Of a stretch of 64,000 nucleotides of DNA, positions 26,743-40,891 are shown one piece after another. Origin of the DNA: Octopus vulgaris. Lineage: Eukaryota. A program made the translations under genes and the position numbers. The stretch spans positions 44,826,001-44,890,000 of the forward strand of contig OX597815.1 of NCBI GenBank assembly GCA_951406725.2, read 5' to 3'. How positions within the stretch are numbered: the stretch's first letter is position 1; each line of letters starts with the position of its first letter. The notes below the pieces were generated by a model that was not told the origin of the DNA, searched no databases, and saw only the letters and a program-made list of their open reading frames with translations.

Positions 26743-27330
26743 CTTTCTCTATCTCTCTCTCTTTCTCTATCTCTCTCTCTTTCTCTATCTCTCTCTTTCT
26801 CTATCTCTCTCTTTCTCTATCTCTCTCTGCCAAGAAGGAAATGTAGTAGACGGTTACTAAACGCAGATGACACGGTTGGTACTGCGATGCTGAGGCTGGA
26901 AATTATGTTGAAAAAAGAATACTTTCGGCAGCCAGAGATGCCCAAAAAGTGACTGAAACTGTAGGAGAATTCAAAGATAAAAGGCAGAACAACAGAATGA
27001 ACAAATGGAAAGTAATGGGACTGCATGGTCAATTCATGCAACAAACTGAAAATGTTGGATGTGAAGTCCGCTGGGTTTGATTGACAGACGGGAACTTGAA
27101 ACACACACAAAAAAAAACAGAAACATTAATAATAGCCGCTCAAGGGCAAACACTTAGAAACAAATCTGATGAAGACAGAGATTGACAAAACTCAGTCAGA
27201 CAACAAATGTAAAATTTCCAGGAAAGGAGAAGATAGAATCAACCACATTTTGAGTGAGTGCGGTACACTAACAGAAAAAAAAAAAGAGTACAAACGCAGG
27301 TATATCTGTGCAGGCGTTTACATTGGGATG
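24170..27330 (+). mobile_element. Decayed near-full-length Dong/R4-clade non-LTR retrotransposon
   Basis: 'KIPNWKAP..VHGLWFK', 'WLTKGRTLL', 'YSPIAC', 'NLAAWWVDYRTANDRVPH', 'IFQEVSLSPLPFVI', 'INHLLYMG', 'LHGQF' and a CCHC relic 'NKCKISRKGEDRINHILSEC'. Interrupted by a Helitron and a (CT)n tract. Confidence 0.85.
25304..25671 (+). mobile_element. Non-autonomous Helitron nested in the Dong/R4 RT
   Basis: 5' end A|TCTATTATATAAAA; internal (TCTG)n; perfect 3' hairpin CCGTCCA-T-TGGACGG (25642-25656), then CTCG|T; no TSD. Confidence 0.85.
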
Positions 27331-27609
27331 TAGCACGTCGATAATGGTTAATACCTTTCAATCTAATTCCTTGCAACCTTTGCAGACGAAAGATCTGACA
27401 ACTTTAAAAGCAGAGCTTACTCTAAATCGCAATGTTCAGCTTTTAAGGCCACAATTACAGTATGCCTCTTCATTTCTTGAGTAAGCTGTCTACCATTATA
27501 ATTTTCTGGAACATGAATGACATAAACTTAATTTAAAAATACTAATAACTTTAAAATCTCATGTTCTCAAATTGCCTACGCACCCTGTATGTATGTATAT
27601 ATATGTATA

Positions 27610-27679
<70 letters not shown>

Positions 27680-27729
27680 CATACATACATACATACATGC
27701 ATACATACATACATACATACATACATACA

Positions 27730-27760
<31 letters not shown>

Positions 27761-27879
27761 GTATGTATGTATTTAGTGGATGTATCATATAATACGAATG
27801 ATTCATGCATGCGTAGATGCACGAGGTATATATTTTCTTTGATACATGTGATGCTATATAACATCTCCATCGATGACAA

Positions 27880-28370
27880 CATTACAAATTTACACAGATA
27901 CCCTCCACCACACATATACACTCACTGATACTTGACCTTCTCCGACTTCCTCTCTCCTGCCTTTCTCTTTTCTCTCTTACTTCCCGTCCTCTCCTTCTTT
28001 TCCTCTCAATACAGCACAGATCCTTTTCTTTTTCGTTTCCGGACATATGGTTTGACTATTTGGCGTCCTTTTATACACAAACTGGCCACATAAACAAACG
28101 TCATAAATGTAGCATCTTTCGTATATCTGTATCTCCGGCCTCTCTTCTTTGAGTATTCTTTGAAAAAGGATGTAACCCGATCCTCTTCTATCTTTGCATT
28201 TGGTGTATATATTTTCAGTGTGCACATTATTTGGTTGTTATTGTTTCATTTCATTTTTTTCCCGCTTTTTCCCCCACCTGTTATATTTGTGTGAATACAT
28301 ATAATACTTATCTTTTCTCTCCTTACCTCATAAGCTTCTCACTTTATTTGTATGACATTTCCCTATCTAT

Positions 28371-28408
<38 letters not shown>

Positions 28409-28748
28409 CATTGCTTATAAACTCTTTATTTGGATGGACTAATTTTAAACTCTGTTGGACTATTAGACTTTACTCATAGGGTATTGGAATATTGCATATA
28501 TACCAATATCCCTTAAAAATGGATTTACAACTTCAATACCCATACATATCTTGCATCTATTTTCTTTCCTCTTCCTCACTCTCTATTTTGTATCACATCT
28601 AAACTAACTATGACTTACCTATCCTCTCACACCGTCCCCGATGAAGGGATATAATTAATAAATATCCTAGAAACGGCTGTAAGACCTTCTATCTATAAAT
28701 GCTCTAATATCTACACAGCCGTGGTTTTTATCTTATTACGCAAAAAAT

Positions 28749-28755
<7 letters not shown>
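27880..28755 (+). mobile_element. Penelope-like element 3' remnant ending in (TA)n
   Basis: Weak GIY-YIG C-terminus-like relic near 28010-28060; HHR motif at 28634-28685. Confidence 0.55.
28634..28685 (+). ncRNA. Minimal hammerhead motif (CCGAUGA core variant)
   Basis: GUCC-CCGAUGA-A-GGGAUAU..AUAUCCU-A-GAAA-CGGCUG-UA-AGAC. Confidence 0.6.
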
Positions 28756-28807
<52 letters not shown>

Positions 28808-28891
28808 AATAAAAATAAATATATATATATATATGTATATGAAAGTCGCATGCATACATCCATTCATCAATATAATACATACATACATACA

Positions 28892-29222
28892 GGCGTAGCT
28901 ATCTGGTAAGAAGCTTGCTTCCCTACCACATGGTTCCGTGTTATAACCCACTGCGTGGTGGCACCTTGGGCAAGTGTCTTCAACTATAGCTTCGGGCCGT
29001 GCAAAGCCTTGTGAGTGGATTTGTTTGTGTCTATTTGTCCCTCCACCCCACCATCGCTTGACAAACGATGCTGGTGTGTTTATGTCCCCGAAATTTAGCG
29101 GTTCGGTAAAATAGACAGAATAAGTCCTGGGGTCGATTTCTTCGACTAAAGGCGGTGCTCCAGCATGCCCACAGTCAAATGACTGAAACAAGTAAACGAA
29201 TAAAAAATAAAAGAATAAAAGA
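28892..29222 (+). mobile_element. tRNA-derived SINE (major octopus-type family)
   Basis: Colinear with 62995-63362. Confidence 0.85.
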
Positions 29223-30095
29223 ACATATATATATACAAACACACATATACATATATACATACACGCATGCACACACTCATACTGTATGGAAGCACTATTG
29301 CAGTATGGCGGGAAACTGTAAAATATGTTGTCAACTGTGATTATAACATTTTAGATTATACGCCCACATAGAAACACCTACTCAAACACATATGCATATA
29401 TGCATTAATATATGTATGTATTGAATAATGTATGTATGTATGTATGTATGTATGTATGTATGTATGTATGTATGTATGTATGTATGTATGTATCTCTGTT
29501 AATGCATTTTTATGAATGTACAGGAATATATGCATACATATATATGCTATATAAACACTTTATATTTACGTATATTTCTATATATTTCGACAGACAAGAA
29601 TACATTTGCCTATAAGAGCGTGCGACTGTTAAGTGTAGATGTAAAGGCTTGTACATATATAATTGCATTCAACAAGTTGTACTTTTCCTTCTTGCCTGCA
29701 GAATTAGCGCATCTACGCGAAGAATTTGCAAATATACAGTGAAAAATGTGTTAGAGCAGCTGCTGAAGAAGACGGTTTGACAAGAAAAGGTTGAGCGAAT
29801 GAGAGTAAGAGAGGGAAGAGAAAGAGTGAAAAAAAAAAAAGAAAGAAGAGGAGAATAAAAATGACAGAGTGAGTGAAGCAGTGATAAGTCAGTGGGTGAA
29901 AGAGGGGGATGCTGCCGTATGATAAATGTACAATTTACAGAATACAGATGACTAAACAACTGAGTAACCGTCTGTCTAAACAATTCTGACGTAACATACG
30001 TGTGTTTCGTATAAACACTGAGACACACACGTGCATACGCACATGCACACATATGTATATGTAGATATATAGCTGCAAATATATATGTGTGTATA

Positions 30096-30169
<74 letters not shown>

Positions 30170-30464
30170 TGTATCTGTGTGTGTGTATATGTATATATAT
30201 ACATATAAACATGTATATATACATGTATATATATGCATACATATATAAGTGTATATATATATATACATATATATATATACACACACACATATATATATTA
30301 TAGATATCCGTGTGTGTGTGTGTGTGTGTGTGTATGTATTTAGATAGGCAGTGTTTACATTTTCATGCTTATTGATACAACCATATGTGCAATATATATA
30401 ATCATGTGTGTATATATGTGTATCCACATATGCATGTATAATACATGCATACACGCATACGCTG

Positions 30465-30516
<52 letters not shown>

Positions 30517-30517
30517 C

Positions 30518-30549
<32 letters not shown>

Positions 30550-30734
30550 CATACATACATACATACATACATACATACATACATACATGCATACATACAT
30601 ACATACATACATATGTGCGTGTATGTTATAGATGTTGTTGAATTCTACAAACACGTGAATATGATTTGGTACACACATTCACATACGTCATCCGTACATT
30701 AGAATGTCACGATGTCCTTCACTCGAGTTTAAAA

Positions 30735-30871
30735 GACGACGACGACGACAACGACGACGAAGAAGAAGAAGAAGAAAAAGAAGAAGGAAAAGAAGAAGAA
30801 AAAGAAGAAGAAGAAGAAGAAGAAGAAGAAGAAGAAGAAGAAGAAGAAGAAGAAGAACAACAACAACAACA

Positions 30872-30902
<31 letters not shown>

Positions 30903-30940
30903 AACAGCAGCAGCAGCAGTAACAACAACAACAACAACAA
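30735..30940. repeat. (GAC)/(GAA)/(CAA)/(CAG) compound microsatellite
   Basis: Directly visible. Confidence 0.97.
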
Positions 30941-31443
30941 GACTGTTCGCTGACCCGCGCTGATACCTTTCTGTCGTATCTGCCGAAAAGTATTAAGAAT
31001 AAAATATGGAAACCATCTTTTCGAATGTCATTGTTCACTATGCATATAACGATTTATTATTGGCTGGTAGAAATCAGCACGAATCAGCAAACAATTTGGA
31101 CGTAATAAAAATATGCAAATCATTGTGTATACGCACACACACAGACACATTTGTGTGTGTGTGTATGTCATTGTTCCGTTTTATTTCAAGATTTCTTGCC
31201 AGTATGTATATATGCATATGTGCAGATTTGTATGTTTTGCATTATGTATGTATTCTCATGCACATACTTGCATATCTAGACGTGTTCATATATACTTAAA
31301 TGATAAACTTCTGGAAAGTTTTACCAATTTTTACAGTTCCAGTGATGGATTGGATGTGTAGTCTTCGAATTAGCTTTCTCCTTTCTGCTTTTGAGAAGCC
31401 TAATTTCTCAATATTGGTATTTTGGCAGTGTGTTACATATCCT

Positions 31444-31770
31444 TTAAAAGACTCCGTCGGTTACGACGACGAGGGTCCCAGCTGATACGATCAACGGAAC
31501 AGCTTGCTCGTGAAATTAACGTGCAAATGGCTGAGCATTCCACAGACACGTGTACCCTTAACGTAGTTCTCGGGGATAATCAGCGTGACACAGAGAGTGA
31601 CAAGGCTGACCCTTTGAAATACAAGTACAACTCATTTTTGCCAGCTGAGTGGACTGGAGCAACGTAAAATAAAGTGTCTTCCTCAAGGACACAACGCGTC
31701 GCCGGGAATCGAACTCACAACCTTACGATCATGAGCCGAATGCCCTAACCACTAAGCCACGCGCCCTCAC
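31444..31770 (-). mobile_element. Full-length tRNA-derived SINE with 12-bp TSD
   Basis: Minus-strand A-box TGGCTTAGTGG and B-box GAGTTCGATTCC. TSD GTTACATATCCT at 31432-31443 and 31771-31782. Confidence 0.9.
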
Positions 31771-32590
31771 GTTACATATCCTAGGGCCCCAATAATTACA
31801 TGTATAAACCTGAACCTGTAATCTCAATAGAGTAACTGCAGATTTCTCAATAGTTCAACGTAGGTATTCACTTTTTCACCGATCTTCAGCTTTATGTTAA
31901 CATCTGCAGGGCTGCTAATTTCCACAACCGTGCACAGTTTCTCATCTCAATCCCAAATCATTATATCAGGTCTGATGTACTTACATTTTATTGAGATCTT
32001 CACTGGGACATTCCACCAGTACTCCTTTACATTATGAGTGGCTATGGCTTCTACCATACTGTGGGTTCTTATTTATTTGTCCCGGAGTTATCCTTCCGAC
32101 TATGTATGTATGTATGTATGTATGTATGTATGTATGTATGTATGTATGTATGTATGTATGTATGTATGCATGTATGTATGTATGTATGTATGTATGTATG
32201 TATGTATATGTATATGTATTGTGTATATATTACCTTGTCGACCAGACTGTATATTGTCGTTATACATCGCTTGTCACAATGCGCCTTGCATCGCTTTAGC
32301 TTTCGATTAATGCCATTCACCTGGTTATGCGAGCAAGCCAGCACCGCCCCCAGTCGGAAGACTAATCTGTCACACAGTTACACATTTACAGCTGAGTAGA
32401 AATGAAGTGTTTTGCTGAAGAACACAACGCAGCGTCCCTCAGTCTGGGAATGGAACCTACTATGTGTGCGTGTGTGTGTGTGTATGTGTGTTTGTGTGTG
32501 CGTGTGTGCGCGCGCGCGCGCGTAAAGATCAAGGTGTAGGAAGTTAGTAAGCTTTGGCCTGATGAGTAGCTAGCGGAGTACCCCATGTTT

Positions 32591-33157
32591 ATAAATATCT
32601 TGGGTCATACATATCATCATCTGGAAAAGATTTTCTAACTAGAAAGGGTATGGCCTGGTCAGCCTGTAATGACATGCATAAGATCTGGTCATCAAATCTA
32701 AGTAGAGACTTCAAACTTGAAATCTTCAAAGGCACAATCGAACCAATTCTACTATATGGCTCAGAAACCTGGACGTTATCAAAGAAGCTTGAGATGCGGT
32801 TGGATGGAATCTACACTCGCCTCCTTATGAGAGCTCAAAATCTCTCGTGGAAGCGCCATCCAACCAAAATGCAAGTATATGGGAAACTACCACCTGTATC
32901 ATCTCTTGTGAAAGGTAGGAGAGTCCAGTTTGCTGGACATTGTTGTAGAGCTGAAAAAGAAGTAATTCTACTCTTCTCCTCTGGAAGCCATCTACTCGCA
33001 ATACCAGAGGGCGCACACTCTCCTACCCTGATGTAATCTCCAGGGATACAGGCATCCAGCAACAGGACCTCCGTAATGCCATGATGGACCGTGAAGTCTG
33101 GCGTAGCATGGTAAATTCCATTGTCTCGACCACGGTCGAACAATGATGATGATGATG
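32591..33157 (+). mobile_element. 5'-truncated RTE-clade LINE with (TGA)n tail and 11-bp TSD
   Basis: 'KYLGSYI..EPILLYGSETWTLSK..RRVQFAGHC..AMMDREVWR' with one frameshift. TSD ACCCCATGTTT at 32580-32590 and 33158-33168. Confidence 0.92.
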
Positions 33158-33188
33158 ACCCCATGTTTGGGTAATTACTACCACCAAG

Positions 33189-33237
<49 letters not shown>

Positions 33238-33501
33238 AGTGTCCTTTATATATATATATATAATGCAAAATGGGACAAGAACGCAACACATCCGGATAAC
33301 TAGTTGATAGAAAAGGGGACAACAAAACATCCAGATAGACGATACATAAAAACAAGGACGAGTCATTCGAAGCATTTTATCCTCAGTCAAGAACCGGATC
33401 ATCCTCGCAATTTCGGCTCAGATGAATATGGTACTTAAGTTGAGGCACCAGAATTTTGTACGGTATTATCCATACAATTTCAAAGCAACGTGATTAAAAT
33501 A

Positions 33502-33680
33502 AAAATAAGTAACAAGGATATCCAGAGGTAATGCAGTGCGATAGTTTCATGCAACTCCATTTAATTGAACAATGCAATCAGTACACTGCATTTTAAATTG
33601 ATGTAATGATTGCATTGTTCAATTAAATGCATGAAACGATCGTCCTGCATTACCTCTGGGTATCCTTGTTGCTTATTTTG
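33502..33680. mobile_element. Fold-back repeat (related fragment at about 63680-63755)
   Basis: Arms AAAATAAGTAACAAGGATATCCAGAGGTAATGCAG.. / ..CTGCATTACCTCTGGGTATCCTTGTTGCTTATTTT. Confidence 0.8.
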
Positions 33681-33697
33681 ATATATATATACAAAAT

Positions 33698-34042
33698 GTT
33701 AAGAAGCTCGCTTTGCAACCTTGTGGTCTCGGGGTTCAATCTCTCTGAGCGGCACCTTAGGTAAGTGTCTACAAATGGTCCCAGCCGACAGTCATGTGAA
33801 TGAATTTGTTAGGCGGAAACGCTGGAATCTCCTCATCTATTCCTGCACACATGCATACATAGTCCCACTCGCCTTTTAACAACCGGCTTTGGTTTGTTTA
33901 CGTTCCTGTAACTTTACGGTTCAGGAAAAAGTGCCTGGTAAAGTAAGTGTTGGCTCCGATTTGATCACTAAACACTTCAAGGCGGTGCCCCAGCATGGCC
34001 TCACTCTAATGACTGAAATAAGTAAAGCGTAACAGATAAAAG
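33698..34042 (+). mobile_element. Diverged SINE (major family)
   Basis: Colinear with 62995-63362. Confidence 0.7.
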
Positions 34043-34724
34043 GTAATATATTTGTATGCACTCACACACACATTACTGGATTTCAACTGCATACGATTTT
34101 ACATTACACTCCTCTGTATTGATTTACTATGTGGTTTGTAGCCTGGTCTACTAAAAGAGCTTTTTTTCTTTTTTTGTCTATCACTACGTTTTGTCTTGTG
34201 ACTATCCTTCTTCTCCTTTCTCTTTTTCTCTCTTACTTTCACTCTCTCTCATATTCTATACAAATTTCTAAATTTCGCTTTCTTCTCAGTCACAAGACCA
34301 CGACATACTTTGTGACCTCTCTAAATTTTAAGCACATTCTCTACACAAATGAATCTTTCATTTTGAAACAAAACAATCTTGTACACATCTTCACACACAT
34401 ACACTCACACACGTACACACACGTACACGCACATACACGCGCGCGCGCATTGACACGCACTGTACTAAACAATTTTCTTTCTTTTACTTATGAATCCCTT
34501 TGATCACCGTTTTATTCTGGCAGACCCTTATACCCAGTTGATGTTTAAAAACTAGTTTTATAGATACTTCTTTCAAAATTCTGGGTTTTTTGTTTTCTTT
34601 TTTCTTTCTTTCTGTTTTTTTTTTCTGGGGTTTTGCGGAGATTTTTTCGAATGCATTTTCGTAGCAATATTCTCTGAGAGAACATGTTTTGGTGACCGAA
34701 ACATGTCGAACTATGTTAAGCGAT

Positions 34725-34874
34725 AGAGAAAAAGAAACCTAGCTGATTCTTGCAGTACATACATCTGAAGCAAAATTTTTTGCTGACCGCTTTAATACTA
34801 CAATGGACTTCCAATTTACTATTTTGCTCGTGTGGGCCCCCAAAAAGTATATGGACCCCAGTCAAGAATCGCTG
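34725..34874 (-). mobile_element. hAT MITE fragment related to 19378-19692
   Basis: The reverse complement begins CAGCGATTCTTGACTGGGGTCCATA and aligns to the left half of the MITE. Confidence 0.6.
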
Positions 34875-36035
34875 TTGATTTTGATTACCACAGTACATTA
34901 TATATTTTACACCACAAAGTTAAAACCTTAACAAAACTGAAGCGGCGTAAATGAAGTGCCAGGGCTCATTCAGAAGGTCTATTTGAGTGAAGCAAAACAG
35001 CTAACAAACTCATGAGCAACGGGGAAAGCAATAAATAGACGGGCATTAAATTTGTTAATATTTTATCTACGTTTTTGCATATACTTGTAATGTCGATTCG
35101 TTTATTTTAATATAACCTTTTCTTGATTTTTATAGATTTTAATGATTTTGTTATTGTTTTTCTTTTGTAGTAGTGTTAAGTCTTTCTGGTAGTGTGATAA
35201 AAATAGAAGATACAACTGTCCTCACGGGTTGCACATAGAATACTAGCTACTTTACTACAAATAGGCTTGGCTTGAAAAATCTTGTTCCGCCACTTTAAAC
35301 TAGCGGCTGCAAAAATATAATTAATGTTTATACTGTATGATAACTATTACTAATACTCCTTCGCCAGCCAATATTGCAGTCATAAATACTCTTACTGGAG
35401 TTTTAATGGACGAACAGAAATATTATTGCTATTCTGTATACGTCTCATATTTTATGTACACCGCACATCTGGGTTCAAATCCCATCGGATATGACTTTCA
35501 TTTTTTTCAAAGTTAGGATGATAATTAAGTATCAGTTCGGCACTAACGTTGTCTTAATGGACTTTCCATCCATCCAACCTCTTTGCCCACTACTCCTGAG
35601 AGAGTCGTGAGGCTAAAGTTCTCAAGCACCACTATATGGTTCTATCAGAAGCAACCGACAACCAGACTCACCGACTGGCCTTCCGAATATAACCAAGTGA
35701 GATTATGGATATTATCCAACCAGCTAGTTCTTATTCTACCCCTAGGTCACCAGACGGTTTGCTCGGCTTGAATCCGTCTTGCGATCCTTTCCTGCAATAT
35801 TTTTATCAAATGGCCTGAATATCAGAAGTGTTATCCTTCAATGTTATGCTTCATTCAGCGCACTAGTCATCTTTGACATTTCCGTATATACATTTAGATT
35901 ATATTTTATCCTCCTTTTGGGTGTAAGTCAGTTGAATCTTCCCTTGTGCACCTCTTTTGCACCTCTGAAGAATGGAAGGTAAATTTGTCCTAATCAAGTT
36001 TTGAACGCTGAACATCGACAACTAGACAGACAAAC

Positions 36036-36307
<272 letters not shown>

Positions 36308-37031
36308 CACTGGGAATTCATATACAAATAGAATTGCCCTATGGAACTAACAGCATGTAATAAAATATCCAGAAGACAGTAGCTGACTTAGAGTAGTCAT
36401 ATCGATAACATCCACCGAAGGAAATACTAGTTGATGGCTATTGCTAGCAGCTGAAAAACAAGCATCATCTTCGTTTCCAACTACCAAGTTATCCTTTTCA
36501 GACAGTGCTATTATGAAAATTCTAAAATTGTCTTCTATTCAGTCGTTTCGCTACCAATTTCCTGTAATATACCATCCTTGTTTTTTCTGTGATTCCCTAT
36601 TAGGTGACCATGCAGTGAACTATAAGGATTAATATAAATGGTTGTCTGTTTAGGTTGTGGTTATGTAGAACATGGTCTTGATTTTATTTCTTAGCATTCC
36701 TATTCGAGTTCGGTACGTATTTCTATATTGTTGTGGTTGGGTACATAACTGTTTTTCGTAGCAAGGCATTATTTTATTTAATAATTTATGCACGGGCGAA
36801 GGAGCAGTAATTATGACCTTCATAAGCTTTCCCAGACTGAAGAAACTGATGTAACAAATGCTCAGCTTGAATCTGTTGGTTAAAAAGAATAGGGGCATGA
36901 ATCGGGGTGAAGTAGTCTTCTCCAAATACTGTTTGCATATGAATTTTAAAAAAAAGGAACCAAGAAGTTGGTAGCGATGTCAAGCAAAGAGCGTTTTATA
37001 TCTACGCATCTGAGATTCCCATGAAGAAGAT

Positions 37032-37530
37032 TTAGCTGCTTTTTCTAACAGATTTATCGACTACTAATCTTTCTTTCTTAGCCCTTCTCGATCTGTAAAC
37101 ACTCAAATGCCTCCTATTATCACATGTGTAACAACTGTAGTTTCTACCTTGCACCACCAATCTCGATGCTTTTGTATCTTCACGCACGATTGAGCACAGT
37201 TCCGGAATGGTGCTGTCGCTTTCTGTCATAAGATTTGTAAGTTCATACTCCCAACTCCTAACCACAAGATCTATCTTCGAGATCTCTGCACTCTCAATTT
37301 GCCCATATTGTGGTACAAAGGAAGCAACGAACCATCTGTCAATATACTCCATTGTTGTGTTATAATCTTTATAAGGATCTGTGTACCATACTGTCTCTGC
37401 TTGTCACCTCCGCTTGTTTTCATTTTTAAATATCAAGGAAGCAACTTCTGTATGATTTGCTATGATCTATGGACGGCACTTGGCTATACAACTCATGCAT
37501 CGGCTAGGATTTTCTTTACTTTCACTTTTG
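37032..37530 (-). pseudogene. Possible L1/Tx1-type ORF1 remnant
   Basis: 'LVVQGRNYSCYTCDNRRHLS' resembles a gag-like C-x2-C-x4-H knuckle. Confidence 0.45.
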
Positions 37531-37533
37531 AAT

Positions 37534-37705
37534 CCTGCAAGGTCATGTGCTGTTTATCTTGATATGAGATCACCATGTCGCGCACATATGGTTGTGATGC
37601 ATGTGCCTGGTGTACCCTTATCAGACGGGTAGTCATGATGGGTATATTGGGCTTCGTATATTTTACCCCAGTGTCACTTTGATGGCATGCACTGCTCTCT
37701 CACTC
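37534..37705 (+). mobile_element. 5'-truncated copy of the (TAA)n-associated retroposon
   Basis: Nearly identical to about 23058-23229; followed by (AAT)n. Confidence 0.9.
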
Positions 37706-37780
<75 letters not shown>

Positions 37781-37814
37781 AAGAAGAAGAAGAAGAAGAA
37801 GAAGAAGAAGAAGC

Positions 37815-38005
37815 TTTTCTACTAAAGGCACAAATTTTGAGGAAGGGGACTAGTCGATTGCATTGACCTCAGTGCTCGACTGGTACTTAATTTATCGACC
37901 CCGAAAGAATAAAAGGCAAAGTCGACTTCGGCGGAATTTGAACTCAGAACGTAGCGACGGACGAAATGCCGTTAAGCATCTTCCCAGCGTGCTAACAATT
38001 CAGCC
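37815..38005 (-). mobile_element. SINE, same family as 14074
   Basis: Reverse-complement match to 14074-14292. Further partial copies at 38878-38998 and 58005-58172. Confidence 0.85.
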
Positions 38006-39040
38006 AATAATAATAATAATAATAATAATAAAAAGACGAAAAAAATGACTTATTATTCGTATTTGGGGCAAAATGTAGGTTCAACGAGATTTCATTTAAT
38101 AGAGCAGACAGGCTAGTAGTAAACATGAGTATGAGGGAAGAGGAAGTTATTTGGCCTCGTGCATAGTCACAAACGACTGTTATAAAAGAACAGACTTACA
38201 CTGCTTCTGTTAAGTTGTATTCAGGTCAAAGGTCGGTTATGTCAAACAGTGATAGAATTATTTTCTGCTTTAAAATTAATTGCTTTTTCACGTATGGCTC
38301 GGTAACTCCTCTACGAATAGTAAGTAGTGAGACACTATTAAACAGACTGGTACGTTCTGTGAATGTTATTCATCATCATTATCATCAACAGCCACAGAAC
38401 CAGCAAGCGTGATAGGATCATCGTTGTCATCGTAAACAACGGCGTCATCGACACTGTTGTTGTAATGATTTTGCTACTGTTGTTGTCCCCACCGTCATAG
38501 TCATCGGCGGAAAATTTCGTTGTAGGAGAGAACAGGCGACTGAATTAATCCCGGTTTGACTAGAACTTTACTATACTGACCTCGAAAAGGTGGAAAATTA
38601 ATGCTAAGCGCGATGGGATTTGAATTCGCAATCTAAATTAAAGTGCTGGATGATGATGATAATCATAATAATAATAATAATAATAATAATAATTTTTTAA
38701 TTAAAACATTTTTTTTTTATGCGCACTTTTTCAAGCCTAACCAGGCTACTGGGCCCCGTTTCCCAGTTTCTATGGCGTATGTGTTCCCCAGAGCTGGACG
38801 GGACGCCAGTCTATCGTAGCGTTACTCAAGAAACAAGAAGAAAGAGTGAGAGAAAGTTGGGGCGAAAGAGTACAACGACCCTGAAAGAATGAAAGGTAAA
38901 GTCGACCTCGGCGGAGTTTGAACCCAGAACGTAAAGACGGACGAAATACCTCTATGCATTTTGCCCGGCGTGCTAATGCTTCTGCCAACTCGTCGCCTAT
39001 AACAACAACACCAACAATAATAATTATAATTATAATTATA

Positions 39041-39403
39041 ATGGATATAGCATGCCCAGCTGACAATAAGGTATGCGATAAGGAAGAAAGAAAAGTCGAG
39101 AAATATGACAGGTTAACTTGGGAAGTTAAGCAGTTGTGGTCGATGAAAAGGTAGCAGTTGTACCAATAATTGTCGGAGCCCTGGGAATAGTGAACAAAGT
39201 ACGTGGAACAAATAGGGGCTATAATAAGGGTGGGGCACTTGCAGAAAACTCTGCTTAGAACCGCTCGAATACTCTGGAATATGCTCGAAAAATAAGAAGT
39301 GTTCCCTTAGTTCACTGGTAGTGAACAGCTGACACTGTAATACATCTTCAGCGTTAGAAGCTGTGCAAAGGCAACAACAACAATAACAGCAACAATAATA
39401 ATA
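39041..39403 (+). mobile_element. Dong/R4 3' end (restriction-like endonuclease C-terminus + 3' UTR) between TAA tracts
   Basis: 'DIACPADNKVCDKEERKVEKYDRLTWEVKQLW..VVPIIVGALG..LQK..RTARIL'; (CAA/TAA)n tail. Confidence 0.85.
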
Positions 39404-39404
39404 A

Positions 39405-39674
39405 TGGAATCACTCATCGAAGACGATGTATGAGCGTTCAGATTTTGCCAAACGACCTCCACAAATGATTTGTTTATAGTGATCAAATGTTCGTGCCGCA
39501 CATTAGCTCGCTCCCTCCACCAAATGGACGTTGTCTGAACGGGTGCACTGTGTAACATGCGTCAGGTGTCGAAGTGATCGAAGAACAACTTAAGATGATG
39601 TGCTTTCCTCAAGAACACAGCCGTTCAGGAATTGAAATCACGTTCGCTGGATCGTGAATGCAACATCCTAACCA

Positions 39675-39675
<1 letters not shown>
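39405..39675 (-). mobile_element. SINE, same family as 4245
   Basis: Colinear with 4245-4522. Confidence 0.7.
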
Positions 39676-39962
<287 letters not shown>

Positions 39963-39963
<1 letters not shown>

Positions 39964-40510
39964 CACTGAAAAAAGCAGACTGAGAATACTATACTAGCAG
40001 CGCAAAAACAAGCTTTGGCCACTAATTGGAGGATCAATTTTAGGAATGGGCAAGTGTCTCCGTTGTGCCACATTTGTAATAGAGTGGTCGAAACCATTGT
40101 CCATATCATTTACGAATGCCCTAGATTGCCCAAAACCACTGCAAGTTGTGGCAACAAGATGAGGTAGCGAAAGTGCTACATTGGAAACTGTGTGAAAAGT
40201 GAGTACTAGTGAGAGGCAAGACGGGGTATAAGCACTAACCGTAGAAAGTGGTAGAATCGGGGACTTGCAAACTCCTCTCAGATTTCCCAATCCAAACCGA
40301 TCAGGTGCTAGAGCAAAACAGACCGGACCTGGTGGTTGTCGACAAGATGCACCACATGTGCTATATAGTTGATTTTGTGTGCCCTTCTGATCCACGAATA
40401 GCCAAGAAGGAAGGTAAAAAAAATAGATATATATACAATCCTCTTAAGTATGAAATAGCCCGGCTATGGAAAATGAAAAGGGTGAAGATAGTGCCAATCA
40501 TTGTTGGGTT
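39963..40510 (+). pseudogene. Dong/R4 CCHC knuckle + restriction-like endonuclease fragment
   Basis: 'LAAQKQALATN..PLCHICNRVVETIVHIIYEC', 'LHWKLC', 'IQTDQVLEQNRPDLVVVDK..IVDFVCPSD..KE..LKYEIARLWKMKRVKIVPIIVG'. Confidence 0.9.
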
Positions 40511-40891
40511 CTTTTGTTTCAAGATGAAAGTCGTTTGTCCATCAGGATAATGCTCGGCTACATACAGCGAAGATGACATTCCAAAGGCTGGAGCAGTTTG
40601 AATATTCGCCGGACATTGCCCCATCTGATTATCATTTATTCTGCAGTCTTCAAATTCACTTGGACGGGAAAAATATGAACTCTGTGAACGAAGTCAGAAC
40701 AGTTCTGCAGGAGTATTTTTGTCAGGGCAAGTGAATATTAGAAGGGGAGCCTTGCAAGTCTACCAGATAGATTGAAGAGCATTGTAGAAAATGAAGGAGA
40801 GTATATTTTAGATTAAAAAAGAACTTTATTTATCTTAATTTTGAAAATTTAAAAGAATTATAAAAACCGCATTATTTATGGGATGACCCAA
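40511..40891 (+). mobile_element. Mariner (DD34D) 3' fragment with right TIR
   Basis: 'HQDNARLH..YSPDIAPSDYHLF'; ends TTATTTATGGGATGACCCAA|TA. Confidence 0.9.

Noticed and set aside
34668-34712. HHR-like CUGAGAG..CCGAAACAUGUC
   Set aside because: The core is one nucleotide short and there is no local stem II; at best a relic.
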